NCBI RefSeq assembly: GCF_000143415.4
Contig: NW_003314330.1
Span: 62,001 to 126,000, forward strand
Length of the DNA: 64,000 bases
Source of the DNA: Selaginella moellendorffii
Taxonomy: Eukaryota; Plantae; Lycopodiophyta
Direction: 5' to 3'
Shown one piece after another: positions 60,073-64,000 of the stretch. The translations under genes and the position numbers were made by a program. The notes below the pieces were generated by a model. That model was not told where the DNA came from and did not search any database. It saw nothing but the letters and a program-made list of their open reading frames with translations. Position 1 is the stretch's first letter. Every line of letters starts with the position of its first letter.

Positions 60073-60506
60073 AATTGATATGCCTTAATTGGCATCTTTT
60101 TGTGTTTGTGGAGCTTTTGCTTTCCTCCATAAATTAAAACTAAAAGTGCATCATGGTTTAAGAGAATTTGGAAATTTTGAATTGCAAGCTCACCAAGTTT
60201 GGAAAATATTGAAGAAAACAGGAAGGATTTATTGCTTGTGTTGGTCGTATTAGGTCCAATCCTCACATCAAAAGAGATGTGGAGCGTTTGATTGTTCACG
60301 GGATTCATTCTCCTCCGCGCGAAACTATTGTTTGAATTTAAAAATCGCCCCGCGCAAGAGACATTCGTAGAATATTCTTGTATATGCCGTGCTTAACGGA
60401 AATCCTGGCCGGTGCTTTTAACGGACCGACTAGATAGTGCCACGTCACCACCCCAGGAAAGGGTTAAAAAGAAGAGGCCTTTTTGTGTGCCGCGGGCAAG
60501 CCCGTG

Positions 60507-62466
60507 ATGCAGAGGACGATCGGCGCCATACCGACGAGGTCTCCTCAATCCATGGCGAGGCAGCGGCTTCCGGCAGCTAGATCGCGCGTTCTTGACAATG
60601 ATCTGGAGGTGGAGATCGACGAGGAGCACATTTTCGTCCTCAGCAAGGTAATCGCTCTCGATCTCGCAGCGTTTCTTGAAATTTTCCCTTCCGATCGATC
60701 CGACAGAGGCAAATGGCGAAGTATTCCGGGCGGGCGAGGCATCTCATCGCGACGAGCAGCACTGGCGCAGCCGGCAGCCGGAAATCCAAGCGGCAGCGGC
60801 TTGTTCTTCGCGATTTTCCTGGCGGAGCCCCGGCATTCGAAATGGCGGCATCTTTTTGCTACTCCGGTGGCCAGCTCGAGATCGCCCCATCCAATGTCGC
60901 CGTGCTCAGGGCTGCCGCGGATGAATTGGTGATGACCGAGGATATTTCGGCTGGAAATCTCGTGTCCAGGACCGAGGAGGCGCTCGGCGGCGTCGATTCC
61001 TGGCAGTGGCAGGATTTGGTAGCGGCGCTCAAGGGGTGTGACAGCGTCCTCCATATAGCCGAGAATCACCGGATCGTCCAACGGCTAGCATTTGCCACAG
61101 CAGGGAAAATCTCGTCCAGCATCGAGCTTCTTCACACCGCTGGGGAATCGCCCATGTCACCGGATCAAGAGCTCCGAGCGTCCACGAGCCTGTCTCCAAG
61201 AACTTGGTGGTTCACGGACGTTTGCGGGCTGTCCATGTATCTCATGGAAAGGGTCGTGCGAGCGCTCTTCACAGTCAACGTGGAGCATCGCTATATCTCC
61301 AGGTTCTTGCTCTACTACTTGAAAACGAGCTTGGCTTCGCTTGGGTATAGCTGGGTTTCGTCCAGGCACAGTGCTAGTAGTGCTACGGGTGAGAGTGAAG
61401 GTAAAGATGGTGGCAGCCGGGAAGATGGTCAGCAACTCCAGTGCGAAGTGATGGAAACAATTGTGAGCTTGCTGGGTCATCTAGAACCAGGATCGACGAC
61501 GTGCCGATCGCTGTTCGTGATCTATAGGATGGCCGTGGGGATAGAATCGAGCAAGCTGTGCCGGTCACAAATCGAGAGGATGATTGGTTTGCAGCTACAC
61601 AACGCCACCCTCGACAACCTTTTGCTACCGTCATCGACTTCCCCGAGGTCCGGAGGCCCGGTCTACGATGCTGATCCTGTGCTGCGGTTGCTCTGGTACT
61701 TCCTCAAGAGCTACGTTTCCGAGAATTCGTGCTCCATTGGGGAGGAAGCGCTGATCAAGCTGGGAACGCTGGTGGATATGTACCTGTCGGAAGTGGCGCC
61801 AGACCCGCATTTGCACCCGCAGAAGCTCCTCCGCCTCGCGAAAGTGCTACCGCCTTGGTCAAGGGTAACCGACGACAGACTCTACAGAGCGGTGGACATC
61901 TACCTGGAAGTAAGTGAAAAAGAAATGACCGAACGCTGATTCAATGCTCTTGGTTTGTTTTGTAGGCTCATCCGTTTATCAGAAACGCGGAAGCGCTGAG
62001 CCTGTGCAACGCGGTGAATTACCAGAAACTCTCCCCCAAGGCGTGCGCTCACATAGCACAGAACCCGCGGTTTCCTGCTCCCGTGGCCGTGCGTACGCTG
62101 TTGGCACAGAAGGAACTTCGCAAGCAAACAGTCTCGAGCCCCGTGAACAACAGTCCCAGCCAGGCCAAGAACATAGATCCGGGAAAGAGTCCAGGCAAAA
62201 GTCCAGGCAAGAGTCCACAGAAGATCGACCACCACCAAGAACGAGGAGGAGAAGAAGAAGAGGCGAGCAGGCTTCTTGACGCAGAGCAACAGCAGCAAGC
62301 TGGGCCGATCGACCCGAGTGTGTACCGCAGGGCTCTGATGCAAAACGAGGAGCTGCGATGGGGGCTGCGAGCCATGCAAACCAAAGTCACGAATCTGGAG
62401 AAGATGTGCAAGTCGATGCGATGCGAGGTGGTGGAATCAGTCCGGATGAAGGGGATGATCTGCTGA
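60507..62466 (+). CDS. BTB/POZ-NPH3 domain (NRL family) protein (exons 60507-60647, 60707-61909, 61966-62466)
   Basis: DFPGGAPAFEMAASFCY, WWFTDV, ATLDNLL, LVDMYLSEVAPD, DDRLYRAVDIYLE|AHP, YQKLSPKACAHIAQNPRFP and a C-terminal coiled coil. The start may instead be 60552. Confidence 0.92.
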
Positions 62467-62839
62467 CAAAGAAGCTGAGACAAATCGAGCCAAGGAGCTT
62501 AAGAGAAGGAAGGGAGGGAATGAATCTCGATCTTATCTGCGGGCTTTGGAGCTTGTAGCCGGCGGACGCCATAGCGTGCTCGAAGGAAGCTGGATCACAG
62601 GGAAAGAAGAGGCCACCGTGGTAGCTGAAATGGGAGGAGGAGGCGCTCTCCTCCATGGCCAGCAAATCCTGGAAGCGTTGATCGTTTAGGTAGATGACTG
62701 GGATCACGAAGCGCTTGCGATCTCGTCCAACGTACACTGCGAGGCTTCCTTTTGGGACCAGTTGTGGCGGCTGCTCTGGCGATGGTGCTCCACAAATAAG
62801 GTCCGCGAGGATTCCTCTCATCATCCATCTTCTAGACAT
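62387..62839 (-). CDS. SAUR (small auxin-up RNA) family protein
   Basis: VPKGSLAVYVG..RKRFVIPVIYLNDQRFQDLL..GGLFFPCDPASF; start could be 62911, 62839 or 62824. Confidence 0.85.
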   Translation of the reverse strand: MSRRWMMRGILADLICGAPSPEQPPQLVPKGSLAVYVGRDRKRFVIPVIYLNDQRFQDLLAMEESASSSHFSYHGGLFFPCDPASFEHAMASAGYKLQSPQIRSRFIPSLPSLKLLGSICLSFFVSRSSPSSGLIPPPRIASTCTSSPDS

Positions 62840-63118
62840 TCTCTCCTCTATTCGAACGAATCTCTCTCCGAGCAGGAATAATTTTTGTGGATTTTCTCTT
62901 GTTATATCCATGAGGGGATTTTGCAGGCCTGGACGAGACCGTCTATAAACTTTGTCGTTTGGTCGGACGCTTTTTGTACGGGAAAAACGTCTTTCTTTTT
63001 CCTTGATTTTCATGAAAAAAAAACAGGATTGTCGTTTGATCCAATGATAAATCGAATACACTATGACGTATGAACCGTTGGATCCTGCCTATCCAACGGC
63101 TCCTGGGAGATCAGCGCA

Positions 63119-64000
63119 TCACGATCGTAGGAGTCGCACTGGAAGAGTTTCAAACGCCACCTGCACGGACAAACTGGTTGAAAGCTGAATTTATGGCGCA
63201 ATCATGTTACCAATTGTTTTGAGTCGGCCTCGAGTTGCGCGCTCGGCCTCGTGTCGAATGTGATCTTGATGCAAAGCTCGAAGTTCACGGAGAAAGTGCT
63301 GCGCCGACGAAACAGGAGAGAATTACGCAAGCCTGGGAAAGAAAAGAAGGAAAAGCTCGCTGGCTTACTTGGCTGAGAGCGTTGGGCATGTCAAGAGGCG
63401 AGGAAGAATCACGTAGATGGGTATTGCGACGCCTCGGCATACGTCTCCATCGGCTATCTGGTGGAAAATGCGATGCTTAGATGATAGTGTTTAGATTTTT
63501 TGGTTTTCGCTTACTTGTGTTGTTTGGATTTCGGTTCTCTCTGTTGAGCTCCTGTCCGAAACGAGGATGGATTCGACGCGAAAGAGTAGAACGTCGATGG
63601 ACAGCAGTGGAGTGTTCGAGTACTCGACTGTTAGTTCTCCGGTAAGAGGTTCAGAAACGAGGCACTGAGTCGCCACCTTGCCAGTGACCTTGAAACCACC
63701 TTCACCATCGACAGAAGAGTTTTTTTTAGCTGTATGCATGTAGTAGCTTACCTGAACGAATCGCAGGCAAGAGAAAGTGGTTTTGAGTGTCGTGAGTGAT
63801 GTAGAAGCTGACGGATTCCGGCCTTGAGAGAAGCCTCGCTGTTAGAGAAGATCGTCGGAAGAAAAGTAGATTAAGAGAAAGTTTTGTAGTCCCTACCTCG
63901 GTGTCCTTCAACAAAGAACTCAAAGTTTGCGGTGTAAGGCTTTTGTAGATAGCCTCGGACCACCTCTACAATCACTTGATACTGCCAGGGGAAGAGTTGA
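63119..64000 (-). CDS. VPS26C: VPS26C/DSCR3 (retriever subunit), 3' exons; the 5' end is outside the window
   Basis: RGYLQKP..FEFFVE, PESVSFYITHDTQNH, GFKVTGK, SIDVLLFRVES, IQTTQ|IADGDVCRG..PIYVILPRLLTCP, TFSVNFE and VAFETLPVRLLRS*, joined by GT-AG introns. Confidence 0.88.

Overview
Plant nuclear DNA. Short GT-AG introns (most about 50-110 bp), tightly packed genes and many PLS-class PPR genes and pseudogenes suggest a lycophyte such as Selaginella; this is an inference, not a database match. Apparently intact genes: a CYP71-clan P450, four intronless Cys-less germin-like proteins (GLPs), a PLS-E PPR, a PLS-DYW PPR, Vma12/TMEM199, a small plastid-type membrane protein, a J11-type DnaJ, a TMEM65 homologue, an NPH3/BTB (NRL) gene overlapped in antisense by a SAUR ORF, the 3' part of VPS26C, and two tRNA-Asp(GTC) genes (plus two pseudogenes). 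Mobile DNA: two Ty1/copia elements, two adjacent Ty3/gypsy copies (one carrying a nested solo LTR and a 93-bp insert matching a GLP upstream region), a TRIM with an exact TSD, MITE/foldback elements and a probable LINE remnant. The most striking feature is a tandemly duplicated cassette at about 48.2-60.3 kb: [secreted, intronless, bacterial-toxin-like His-Me-finger endonuclease] - [mitochondrial-carrier pseudogene] - [tRNA-Asp] - [GLP]. This is a candidate apoplastic nuclease/germin defence cluster with a possibly horizontally acquired nuclease. Second, a tRNA-Asp with no adjacent terminator lies 35 nt upstream of the PLS-E PPR start codon, a candidate tRNA-mRNA dicistron.
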